64,000 nt of DNA from Antedon mediterranea. Its lineage: Eukaryota; Animalia; Echinodermata. Below the pieces are notes generated by a model that ran no database searches, had not been told where the DNA came from, and was given only the letters and a program-made list of their open reading frames with translations. The stretch covers positions 8,122,001 to 8,186,000 of the forward strand of contig NC_092674.1 of the NCBI RefSeq assembly GCF_964355755.1, written 5' to 3'. The position numbers were made by a program, and so were the translations under genes. Of the stretch, positions 1-12,283 are shown piece by piece (within the stretch, counting starts at the first letter, position 1; every line of letters begins with the position of its first letter).

Positions 1-792
1 TGTAGCCTAGAGAACCCAACCCTCTATTCTCTGCCACTATGTACTTTTTATAAACCAACCAAGCTACCGCCGTCATTTAATAAAAATGAATTTATTATTT
101 ATTTTTTCCTTCAGTTACTAATTATACACTGTAATATGTGTGATATAGGCTTATTTGGTCATTCTTCATAATAAAAAAAACACGTTCATTAAACAAACCT
201 ATTAAAAAACTTGCTGTGTTTAATATAATTAATAGTACAAGTAATGTTATTGTTGTACATTAATACATTAGGATAGCTATGGAGTATGATAAATATAATA
301 CAGATATTACAAAAGGTATCTTCGGCTAGTTTAAAGACCATTGACAATTTACCGGATATGACAACTGGAAGCAATAGGAAATACAGGAAAACGTAGGCCA
401 TATAAACCTCAATTGGTTATATAGTGATCAAGGTCCCTGTCCCAGGAAACTGGTGTGGTTAAGATACAAACAAAATATTTGTTAAGCCTAGATGAAATAT
501 GACTAAATGTGGCCATTAAATATATGAGCAACTTGTTATTAATATTTTTATTTTAGTATTTTGTTTGGCTAGAATATTGAGGATTCTTCCTGCAACTTAA
601 TAAGTACTATAGGCTGACAAATAAATTAAAAATCCGATTAAGACCCAATTGTGACATAAGAAAGAAGGCCCGAGAATCACTATACAAACTGTCTAAAAAC
701 AGAACACAAAATGTGCTGTTCAACAGCACTAGTATCAGTAATGCTAATTTAGGATGAAATAGAGTAACAAATTCTGGGTTAGTGCTAAAGGC

Positions 793-950
793 AAACTCAG
801 CCAGCATCTTATGACGAGTCAAGAAGCTTCGTCAGGCCTCGTCGTACGATGCTGGCTGAGTTTAATCCGGACGATGCAAGTTAGATAGCGTCGGGTGTAG
901 TTTTTAGATCGTCTGGAGAACTTTAAACATGTTTAATTTTCTCCAGACGA
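793..950. repeat. Two adjacent hairpins, probably a MITE remnant
   Basis: AAACTCAGCCAGCATC/GATGCTGGCTGAGTTT (793-863) and TCGTCTGGAGAA/TTCTCCAGACGA (909-950) around the palindrome TTAAACATGTTTAA. Confidence 0.7.
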
Positions 951-1103
951 GACGATTTGTCGGGCCTCATCATATGTCATACAATAATCAAACAGCATTT
1001 GTTTAGGCTTAATGTTGACAACTTGGCCTGTACACCTTTCAGTTCTAATGCCCCTCTATCCATTATTTTACAAATAACATAACTCATGCTCGTTTTAGCA
1101 TAC

Positions 1104-1206
1104 CTTCAGGCTTGTACTGGGCTAGAATGGTGACCGTTTGTCCTGCACCTTTTAGCGCCAATGCAGCATCTTCATGCGTTGCTCTCGATAAATCTTTTCC
1201 ATTCAC
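1104..1206 (-). CDS. dlg1: Discs-large MAGUK exon: second half of PDZ3 ([34 protein letters not shown])
   Basis: Manual translation matches the DLG PDZ3 C-terminal half; acceptor ACAG, donor GTATG; 103 bp, phase 0 to 1. Confidence 0.95.
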
Positions 1207-3235
1207 CTGTAAAACATAATTAGTTGACAAATTTAGATTTCAGGAATAAAAAGAAACCAAAAACAACAAAATCATTTTATCAACAAAACAGCAAGTCAAT
1301 TTTTGAACAGCCAAAAAAAATATATAAATAAATAAAGTATGAACCACAACTATATATTTTATAGCCCTATATAAATATCATTTTCATTGTGCAATTGGGA
1401 ATGGATCATTTTAGAGCCGTTTACCACCTGTTGGTCCTATCCTTAATAATGTGAATGTTATCTATTTTTTCTGTATGCATTTTAGTGAGAAGTTGAATAA
1501 ATATATTGACAGTTATACAGTACATAGTGCACTGTTGTAAAACCAAGGCCATGACAGTACTTGAGTTGCAACAACCAAATTCCAGTCACTTGTTAGACTG
1601 TAAACACTGGTTGTAGGATCACTTCCTAAAGGCCTTGGTATAAAGTGTAAACTATTATCTTTAGACATGAGAATATTGACATTGGGATCACATCCCGTTA
1701 CTGAACTGTAGTGTAAAATGGTTTCAGTTTTTTTATGGAACTGTAGCTTGGCTGCTACCAGGCTTGCCTATCAATTCCTGGGTCTCTGGTTCTGGTCAAA
1801 GGACTTTTCTCAAAAGCACCTACAGTACTTAAGGTTTCATACAAGAATATACAGACATTTAAATAAAGAATTATATTTAAAACTACTAGTACTACAACTA
1901 ACTACTACTATAAACGAAACACAATACAACAAAATTATACTGTTTGTATGTTGGGGATATAGGCATTATACCATAAGTTCATTACTGTACCCCTTACTAC
2001 AAATTGTGTATATCTATATACACTGTATATCTATATACACTCAACAGAATTTGTATAGTCATACTCTCCTCTGGTGCAACTATTGCTCTACAAAACACTT
2101 TGATCATCCCAATATTTACTATATCATGGAACTATAATATATTATAGTTCCATGACTATATTAAATATCGTATTATATAAAACATTCGGGTACCACTCCT
2201 ATTTAAGATACTTTGTTATGTCCAAGAGCAGTAACACTTGATAGAAGCTCTATTTACATACAATTAATATGAAATAACATAGTAGATGAGCTAATGAACA
2301 AGTACACAAAATCAATATACTGTACAGCCAAGGCCAAAGTTGTAATCTCTAATTTTTAAATTTCCACAAATCCTATTTTCTGGGAATCGGCTGTACTATC
2401 CGATGCCCACTATGGGCAATCTGGTCTATTTTATTTGGAAGCGCGCCTTTTATTAATACTACAACTTACCTTTAAGCCCATGAACAATGTACTACTACAA
2501 GACCTATACTGTACATACTCTACTACAGACTACAAATCACTGGAAAGGGAAGAATTTCATCATCATTGGACTACATCAACAATGATTTTACACGCATGGC
2601 CAAATTTCTTTTATTGGGTAAATATTCACTATATCTTTGACTTTGCAGTTTGTTGAATGAAACGAAAAGAAATTGGTACTTGTCATTAATCCTATTGTAC
2701 ATGTTTATAGTACATGGACTTTACCATTGATGTGTTTTTATATAAAAATCCTTTTTTTTACATATAGTACAACAATAAAGGCTTATTTACACTAGGGCGA
2801 TAACGATCAACGACAAACAGATAAATATGCATTTTTCATACCTAAAACAAAAGAATTTAAAAATGTTTTCATCCTAGAACTACAGTATAGGATTATCATC
2901 TATGCTGCCTTTGATAAAAAATAATATTTACAAAAAATATTCACATTGTTATAATTCAACCACCAAAGAATTAGGTCAATTATGACCAACAAACTTGGTA
3001 AACACTCACAATCAAATGGAGACTAACTGTTGAGCTTAGAGTTTGATCTGTGGTTTATAATACAGATTAAATAGAAGATAACTTTATATGTCAATAGAAG
3101 TGTAGGCTGATGCAGTCTGGGAGGTGTAAAACATGTTAATGTAACAGACATGGTACGACTTTAGTCTGTGAGAGGCACGACAATTGTTAAATAAAATGAA
3201 ATATAAATTGAAAAACTTGTTTCGTTTTTTGTGTG

Positions 3236-3553
3236 TGGAAAATTGCAACATAAAGTTGAATTGAATAAAAAATAGGACTTCAGTCTCAGATGAAACATTA
3301 TAAATTGTAATTTATTAAGTATGTAAGTAGAAGTTGAATAAAATGAAATATAAACTGAATAACATAATTTTTTTTTTTTTGGGAAAATTGCAACATAAAG
3401 TTGAATTGAATAAAAAATAGGACTTCAGTCTCAGATGAAACATTATAAATTTTTGTTTGGAAAATTGTAACATAAAGTTGAATTGAATAAAAAAGCAAAC
3501 AAAAATTGTTTTAAAAACTTCATAGAGGACTTCAGTCTCAGATTCAACATTAT
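3236..3553. repeat. Local imperfect tandem duplications of a ~70-bp segment
   Basis: GGAAAATTGCAACATAAAGTTGAATTGAATAAAAAATAGGACTTCAGTCTCAGAT recurs 3-4 times in whole or in part. Confidence 0.85.
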
Positions 3554-4897
3554 ATGCACATATTTATTAGTTAATGAATAGTATTATAAAAGATATGAAT
3601 TGAAAAAAAAAACAAATCTGATTTTCTAAAAAAAAAACTAGTACAGTAGTTACAGACTGTATAATTTCAACTGGACAGAATTTAAAAAAAAGCAATTTAA
3701 TTAATTTGAAATATTATGTATTGTACAGTAATTTAACATTAATTTTGAGTTGAATCATTGAATTCAAATGTCAAATGGAGCACTGTTCAATGTAACATAT
3801 GCATGGATGAATACAATACTCTAATTGTACTATAATTAATTCTATTGTCACACTTTCAATGACAATCACGGTTATGCAAAAATAGTTCTTTTGAATTGAA
3901 ATTCGATGATCAGGTATGGAAAAATAAATGAATTATGTCGGCCTTCAAACAATATGACATCAAATATAAATTGACATCTTGTTGTTTGAAATAATATGTA
4001 AATACTATTGCACGCCGTGTGACCACAATTTTGTCCAATCAAATGACGAATTTATTTAAGTTAATTAATAATAGTCTTATATAGTGGCCAATACAATAAT
4101 GTTATTGTTAGTAACTAATAATTCTAAAATTAATAATAATACTAATAACTTATCAATAATGCTGTACAGTTACAATTGATTAAGAATTAGAAATCAAACA
4201 AGAATATTGTTTTTCCAACAACGTACATTAAAAGTACAGGTAGTGCCGTGAGAGATATGATAATTATCTGTATGACTAATTACTGTAATTAGGATGGGAT
4301 AACAAACTATTGTATTTCATTGTCAGTCATAAAACAAATTAGACCGTGACTGAACAAATTGAATACAATACTTACAGTACAATATCCTGGTAGAGGTATT
4401 GTTAGATAAAACATATACTGTATCTATGATAGGTAAAGAAAAAAAATCTTTCTTTGTTTGATTTGATTTGATCAGTTTATTTCAGAATAAATATTCCATA
4501 TACTGTAGAACAAAAAATAATACAAACCAGAAAATCAAACTAAAATAGGATTTCTTCCCACTTAGTTTAGAGATTTGAATATTGTAACAAATAGTTTGTA
4601 GTACACCTAACCACATCATTTTCACACTATTCACAACTCTTAATCTAAAACCATACACGCACTTATGTTCGCGTACATGCTTGTAGAAAAAGGGAATTCT
4701 CCTCATGGCAAACATGTTACTAGCACTCTAAAATTACAATTAGTTGCCTTTGGCATCAAAGCTGCAGTACATTTATTGAAGATTTTCCCAAAGGAAAAGA
4801 GAAAACTACACTACATTAGTGACTGTACATAAATATGGGGGGGGGGGGGAGAGAAAGAAAGAAAGAGTCCATGCAACATTCTGTGTGGAAGCTCTAA

Positions 4898-5037
4898 AGC
4901 CTTGTCTACACTATCAAACTTTATGGATAGACATCATGATGTACCATATCACTACCATAATTGGGCATATCCACTACCATATTTGGGCACATCATACTTT
5001 TTTTGTCAAACTAGTTTGATAGTGTAGAGACAGAGCT
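4898..5037. mobile_element. Harbinger-like MITE family A copy
   Basis: TIRs AGCYYTGTCTACACTATCAAACT / AGTTTGATAGTGTAGA..GAGCT; internal 21-bp unit. Confidence 0.85.
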
Positions 5038-5723
5038 CAAGAAAATTATTCTACTGCAGTTACTGGAGTAACTACATTATACCACTCTTTTTAAATGCAA
5101 TAATATTTTAGCAAATTATTTCAGGGTTTGATTATTGTAGTGACTGCCTCAAAAACTTGAAACTAAATTTAACGAAAATTACAGTATAAAAATTTAATTT
5201 TCTGTAACTTTGACATAACACTAAATTGTATGAAAGTGTAGCATCATAGATTAACCCATCTTTAAAGGTAAAATAAATATTTTCAAATCTTCTAAAAAAT
5301 ACTGACTCATGGATTATAAAGAGATATGGTTTTTCAATTATGGCATATAGCTTCAAAGTCTTCAATGTTGGATATTAATTAAAATATAATCCATTTTGTA
5401 TCCTAATTGAAAACCGGAAAAACGATACATGATGAAAATCGGCAGTTATCTATCTTATCAAAGCATTAACTGAAAATGTCACTAATGACATGTACCATCC
5501 ATCTAGTTTCAAAAAGTTCAGAATGAACGAACAGCAGATTACATGATTAATATATATATATATATATATATATTAGCGTCTTGTTAATAAGTCGGTCATG
5601 CATGCTTACTTGATGTTGTTGCATTTACAAAAGTGGACTAAACAGGCAATAATATTGGCCGATTTAACCGTGACTTCACAGTTCAATTGGAAACTATTCC
5701 TCTTCCCACCCAAAAATGCCTAA

Positions 5724-5882
5724 AGCTCTGTCTACACTATCCTAGTTTGACAAAAAAAAGTGTGATGTGCCCAAATATGGTAGTGATATGCTTAAATATG
5801 GTAGTGATATGACATCATCGTGTCTATATATGGGAACATCACATTTTTTCGTCATACAAAGTTTGATAGTGTAGACATAGCT
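5724..5882. mobile_element. Harbinger-like MITE family A copy
   Basis: Same TIRs; TAA on both flanks (3-bp TSD). Confidence 0.88.
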
Positions 5883-6255
5883 TAAGAGTATTATCAAACT
5901 AATATGGGAGTTAAAGGATGTAGTTATATACACACTATAATACTATACAGAGATTCAGATGAACCTTTTCACTAACTATACATAATACTATACCCCTCGG
6001 TTTACCAAATTCACAATACCTGATACCTTTGTTCTGACTAAACATATTTAGAAAGTCAATTTCGTGATCTCTGCGTTTGAGAGAAAGTTTTGACAATATT
6101 AATACAGATTGTTTCAAATTTTGTACATTACACCATTTTTGTGCAACTTCAGGATCATATAACATCTACTTTGTTGTTTCTAGTTTGTATAACATACTGT
6201 ATATTGATTTTGGTCGAAAATAAATTAAATTTTACAAGACGCAATCAAAACCTAC

Positions 6256-6412
6256 CGCTAATAATTGATCTCCTCTGCGAAGCTCTCCACTCAAATCAGC
6301 AACTCCTCCGGCAAGGATGAACGATATAAATATCCCTTCACCATCTTCTCCACCGACAATATTGAACCCAAGACCCGTCGAGCCCTTAGTTAACACAACT
6401 TTTCTTGGTTCC
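6256..6412 (-). CDS. dlg1: Discs-large exon: first half of PDZ3 ([52 protein letters not shown])
   Basis: [24 protein letters not shown] is diagnostic of DLG PDZ3; acceptor TTTCAG, donor GTAGG; 157 bp, phase 2 to 0. Confidence 0.97.
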
Positions 6413-6848
6413 CTGAAAGAATATTAAAATTTATGCACACAATGTAAATATAATCCATAAATGTACCATTTATTTTTTTTAATAAACTCACGCCTCCATG
6501 GAACAATTTCACACCAAAAAAATAAACGGCACACCTCAAATAAACAAAGGATTAAAAGTGTTCCACAATAATGTACTGAATGTATACCGTGATAATAAGC
6601 CCAGCTAAGGATACATGTACTACAATCACAAGCCCAGGTAAAAATCTACTGCTATGACTATGCCTAGTAGTCTCTTTATATATATTAATTGAATATACAC
6701 GCACAACTCATCAATAAGTTTCGTAATGACTTAATTTAATTATTTTTTTTGTAATCACCAATTTCGATATAAACACCACAATTGCTAGTTTTAGTACCTG
6801 ATATTATAATTCAGGTTTGCGTTGGTTAGCAACCACAAGTGACCGATC

Positions 6849-7001
6849 ATGCATATCCCGTCAGAGCCTGATGATCCAGGGATTGAAATTACCCAAGACA
6901 TTTATGAGAAAGATGTTTTGCAGAAATTGAAACAGATGATGAAAGAACATCAGTTGGATGATGAATACAAGATGTACTCAACCAAATCACAAACATTATA
7001 A
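6849..7001 (+). pseudogene. Decayed coding-like fragment of unknown origin (MHIPSEPDDPGIEITQDIYEKDVLQKLKQMMKEHQLDDEYKMYSTKSQTL)
   Basis: Protein-like composition, preceded by TTCAG and an in-frame stop; a further helical-looking frame follows downstream; no family recognised. Confidence 0.3.
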
Positions 7002-7621
7002 TATTCAAGGTTTAGGATTTTAATTGAGTTTAAAAAAAACAAAATCAACTAGAAGAATTAGCTAAACAGATAGTAGAACTAATATTAAGATGACACCTTC
7101 AGTACCAAACAAATGGTCACACTGAGCTTGGATTCTGGTTCGGTTCAGGATAAAAAAAAATTGTAAATAGGTGTAATTTTTTATTCTATACATATGTGTG
7201 ATAGAAAAATGAACAAATCTGCCTGGAGTCTTCTCTCGGTCAGTATGAATGTACTGTACCTTTAAAGGATAAATGGGATTTTGCCATAGGTTAAAAAACT
7301 ACATGAAGTGTTGATAAATGAGTTGGCTATATATATTTGTAATAACGTTATATAAATTCAATTATCGCTGCCTGGGCTCAACATTCTTTAAATAATAATT
7401 GTGTTATTAGTAGTTTGTTTGGCGTGTTGTCGTTTGGGCCAGTGGTAGATGGTCACAAACTGTATTGGATGGTGTAGATATTTGGTGTATGATGTTTTAA
7501 TACAAATGAATTATTGGTGAATTATATATATTATGTATTTGTGGTGGCTTTGTCTTTCCATAGTCCTATTTTAAGCAATATAAACTATCATTTAAATAAA
7601 AGAAAAGCATAGAAAACTGAC

Positions 7622-7772
7622 CTTGGAAAATCGACATCATCTGGAAGGTACATCTTGGGGGTACTTGTTGTATTATTATACTGTGTCTGTGGCTCCTGCT
7701 TGTGTACTGTACTGTACATGCTTTCCTGGCCCTGTACTGCTGGTGACTGCTGCATTGGACTCTGATGATAAT
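7622..7772 (-). CDS. dlg1: Discs-large exon: PDZ2-PDZ3 linker (YHQSPMQQSPAVQGQ...LPDDVDFPR)
   Basis: Lies within ORF 7588-7800; acceptor CCACAG, donor GTCAG; phases 1 and 2 join both neighbouring exons in frame. Confidence 0.88.
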
Positions 7773-8346
7773 CTGTGGATCGAAAGGTCAACAACTTCAA
7801 TGAATGCCTTTTACGAGTATAAGTTAATACCTCCAGTCTTATCTAATTAAATATTAACTTTATACAGTTTTGGGCTAGGTTACCAATGTTACCTTTTATA
7901 GTATATGTGTGATTCTACAGTTAGTACTGTATTTAACTGAATATTTACAGTAGGCTCTGTCTGGTCATATTTTGTTATCAGAATAATATCTACCAATGAA
8001 TGTAATTTATGCTATGATCCCTCTCCTAATTTAAATATAAAGACTACACCCCATAGAGGTATAGTTCACTATGTACCAATATTAATAAATTATATTGTTA
8101 TATCAAAGTTTTTTTCTAGGAAATTTTACTGAGCGCAACTTCATAGACTACAAATTTTAGCTTTATGATGCCCATTATCTTAAATTGATAGCCACGTCCA
8201 AGTACTGTATACAAAAATCCTGAATGCGATTTACTAAATTACAAATTGAAAAGAAATACAATACAGTATTCCGTCTACAGTACAGTAACTTTAGGCTATT
8301 TGTTAATACACTTTCAGTTACTGTACTATTTTTTTAATGAGCCTAA

Positions 8347-8427
8347 AGCTATGTCTACACTATCAAACTATATAATGATAAAAACATTTTTTTTTTGTCA
8401 AACTAGTTTGATAGTGTAAACAGAGCT
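8347..8427. mobile_element. Harbinger-like MITE family A, minimal 81-bp copy lacking the internal repeat
   Basis: Both TIRs present; TAA TSD. Confidence 0.85.
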
Positions 8428-9034
8428 TAAGCCTGTAGATAAACAGAGGTTGCAAAAATGAACAGGGTTAACATTAGCATATGTTGTGTGTGGGTAGATT
8501 CCTATTCCTACCATCTGTACTGTAATCAAATACTGCCAATCAATGTACAAGTCTATGTATGTTATGAATGGGTAACACAACTGTATCTATCTCATCTGCG
8601 GAATGTTGTATCTCACAAATATTCCCTGTGAGCAAAGCTGACATAACAAAATCTAACATTACACATGATACTAATGTAATTAAAAATGTGTTAACATAAA
8701 TCATGGAGAAATAATTTCTCCATGCATAAATCAAGTATACGATATAAGATCCATACAGAGTAACCAAAAAGTAATTAAACTAAGAAGATATTTAATAAAT
8801 AATTAATTGAAAAAGCGGTTCCATCTGATTAGGTTTGAATATAATTGAATCTTATCAGTGCCCTATTCACTGTTCAGCTTACAACATAGCTGGAGGCTAC
8901 AGGATTTAATATTTTAAAATAATATTTATAATTATATTGATCATTATCATTGCTATCACTGTCAGATTGATAGTGATATCCATTTTCAGCACACTATCCT
9001 GTATCCCTGAAACCACGTCGACACAAAATTTACT

Positions 9035-9232
9035 AAAAGTTCTCCACCCATAAATTTGATTAAAGTTCTCCACCCAACAATTTGGTGAAAATTCTCCACC
9101 CAATAATGACTAATATTTCCCACTCAAAAATTTGATTAAATCCTCCCTCCCGATATTTACTAAAATCTCCAACCAAACAATAATTAAAATCTAATTCCAC
9201 CCAACAATTTAATTAAAATCATCCTCCCAACA
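9035..9232. repeat. Degenerate ~24-bp minisatellite (AAATTCTCCACCCAACAATTTGAT-like)
   Basis: About 8 diverged units visible. Confidence 0.7.
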
Positions 9233-9686
9233 ATGACAAAAATCCCTCTCTCTGGTTCCTAAAAAAATTGAATATGATAAATATTAAAATAATATTATCA
9301 TAAAAGATTACATTATACTATAGTAGGACAAATTATGAGATTAGAGTATACTTAAGTCATACAGTATTGTATATTGTATTTCATTGACAGGTTTTAATTA
9401 CAGAAACACATCTGATATTTCATTAATATTTAAATTAACTGTACAACAAATAATTGTCATCTCAACACCTCATTATAAACATCTTTTACAGATATTAATT
9501 AAGTTATGTAACATTGGTTTTAAAGGTTTAAAGGACTTTGTATTGCTTGGTAGATACAGATATTTAACTGGCCACCATGTCTTACTGGACAATACTACGG
9601 TCATACCAGTGCTATACTGTAAATACAAAGAAAGGTATCATGAACAATATCAACACTAAAATACACCTACCCACTTTTTTTTTTAA

Positions 9687-11069
9687 AGTGGAGCTACACT
9701 CAGACTTTCTCAGCTTATATTATGTTTAAGTATGTTTAATTGAAAGTGATTACATAAAAAAAAACCAGGAAAAATACGGAAATATTTTCCAAAAACTCAT
9801 TTCTAAAAAATCGGTCAGAAAATAGTGTTTTTTAACACATTACAGTTTTTCAGTAACTAAGGGGTTATTAGTTTACAATACGTCGCAAAACGCGTTACAC
9901 TTAGCGACTGACGCGTTTTAGTCGCCGTTCAACGCATTGATGAAATGTCTCCCCTTGGGTAAATTATGTGTCGAAAAATGGGGAATAAATTTTATACACA
10001 CAATTAATACGATTTGTTTAGGCCTAAGTAATATTTCCGATAAGAATGTCAGTATAATTTACATGTAAACCTCATGATTTTCACTGTACAACAACAGCAT
10101 AATAATCTTATCAGATTGCTTTTAACTTTAAGCTAGGGCTAGGCCTAGCTCAGCCGTGTGCTCAGCCTAGCTAGCCTTGAATTTTTGTCTAGAGGCCTAA
10201 GTATTCATAGGCATGGTCGTTTCGCCCCATTTATCGTTCCTGGGTTTTCTCGCACATTAAGAATTGTGAAACACAAAATCCTATAGTATACAGAACAAGA
10301 GTAGTAAAGCGATGTGCAAGCTTAGACCTGACTGAAAAGCAACTATTCAGGCACCCTATCATGGCCCATGGGTAGGCCAAGGTCGGGTGCCAGCAAAACA
10401 AACTTCACTGCTGTCAGCCTAGCCGCCTAGCTAGAGGCCACGCAGCATCGGTACATACCTACACTTTCCAGTAGGCCTAGGCCTAGCTTCATTGAATATA
10501 TAGCCACGTCTTTCTCAAATCTCGTTAAATTTGACATTTTAGTAATAGTCTCATAATCACATTATTACACTGTGAAACATAATAGGGTCACATTCAGAAT
10601 GTTTTAATATACTTTTCGCCCGTCAAAAATAACATCGCGACAAAATAACAGATCGCCAGCTGCAGTAGTGTGATTGTGAAAAATGTCACGTGATCGTACT
10701 CCCTAGCAAAATAAAAAACCCAATTGGGCCCGAACGGGGGAAAGTGTCTATTTACGCAAAATTGCGCAATGTATACGTGATAAAAATACCAGAAATAGAA
10801 AGATCTGGAAAAATTACATAAATATACATTTTACATTTTTTTTTTGGTGAAGAAATGAATTTTTTAGGATTATTCAAATATACCCCCCTTTTGCATGTAA
10901 AAGAATAGGAAATTACAAGGTATCTCCCCAAAACGCAAAAAGGCGTGATTTTCAAGAAAATCGTACTCATTGAAAAAAATTTCAAAAAAATATGAAGTAT
11001 AAGGGATGATATTTTTAAATAATAGTTGAAATGTATGAAAAATAGTAATTTTCTGGGTGGAGCTCCACT
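9687..11069. mobile_element. Non-autonomous Kolobok-like DNA transposon (~1.38 kb)
   Basis: TIR AGTGGAGCT(A/C)CAC(T/C)CAGA; AG...CT termini; TTAA on both sides; no ORF. Confidence 0.8.
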
Positions 11070-12283
11070 TTAAAGCTAAGTTTATTATTTCAACCCTTAA
11101 CACTTACACATACCAGACTATCATAAAAAAACAAATAAATAAAAAACCTTCAAATAAGGCAAATTCAAAATAACACTAACATCCACAGTAACATCAGGTC
11201 ATAAATTGATCACCTCAAAATGTTAGTAAACACAGTATATAACAATCTTTACAACCACTTCAGCAGAAACAGCTAAAGTCAGACATATAAATTCCAATGC
11301 AATTATAAAACCACTGAAGCGTGTCAAAAAACAGGGTATGGCATACACCCATTTTAGTTAAAAACAAAACCTTAGAAGAGTGCCTAAAACAATTACTCTA
11401 TTCATTACCTATCTCAATTTTGACAATCCTCTCCCCTAAAAGGTGTTTCCTTCGAAACGTCTTGACACACCTGAGTGGGTAGTACTCAGCAGAAATGACG
11501 ACACCGGCAAAAGGAAGTGAACAATTCCAAAGAAAGTGGATTAGAGGAAGCCATTGCTAACAAACAGTAGAAGTCAATTTCTATAGCTCGGAATAATCCA
11601 GTTATTATACCAAAAGAAAATTGTACTGGTGTATTTGCATTCAAATGATGTCAGTGATGCATGTCAATGAATATGCTACACAATGCAATAGGAACTCCAA
11701 CAATGCTGATGGAATACTGCCCTCTACAGGTACTAAGGTAAACTTAAATTAGAAATTATGATATTGGAAGACTGCCCTCTATACTTCTAGTTGAGAAAAT
11801 AAATATGGTACAAAATTCTAGATTTTGAATTAAATATTACTATTTTGCACTATTACATCAATTAATATTTTATCCTGTTTTTTACTCCTTTTCTTGTAGT
11901 GTGAATGAAACTTTACAGATGCAGAATCTGAGCTGAATCCTGATAGAAACAGCAGGCCCTCAATAATGTTGTAAAATCTACATAGAAAACCAGAACACCC
12001 CCTCTCATTGCAAAAGATGCACACAAGTCATACAGTATTGTGTACAATGGATCTCCATTTTCTCCACAATTATTATCCTAAGAAAAAGACTTGTTCTATC
12101 CCTAGAATTAAATTAACATTGTATGACTATGTTACAGGGCCTCATTTTTAACACTTGCCCTCTCAACTACTCATCCTTCAGTGGCCCACACTACTTTCAT
12201 AAAAAAAAAACATGAAAAATATATACTGCTGTATATATTCTTATACCTATCTTAAGAATTTTAATTCTTTGACATTTAGACTA

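Noticed and set aside
1718-2137. 139-aa plus-strand ORF
   Set aside because: AT-biased, low-complexity translation antisense to a dlg intron; no homology recognised
11409-11580. GC-richer segment ending at a phase-1 donor (ATAG|GTAATG) in the PDZ2-PDZ3 intron
   Set aside because: The donor-compatible frame has no ATG or matching acceptor, and the ATG frame stops early; at most a non-coding or poison exon
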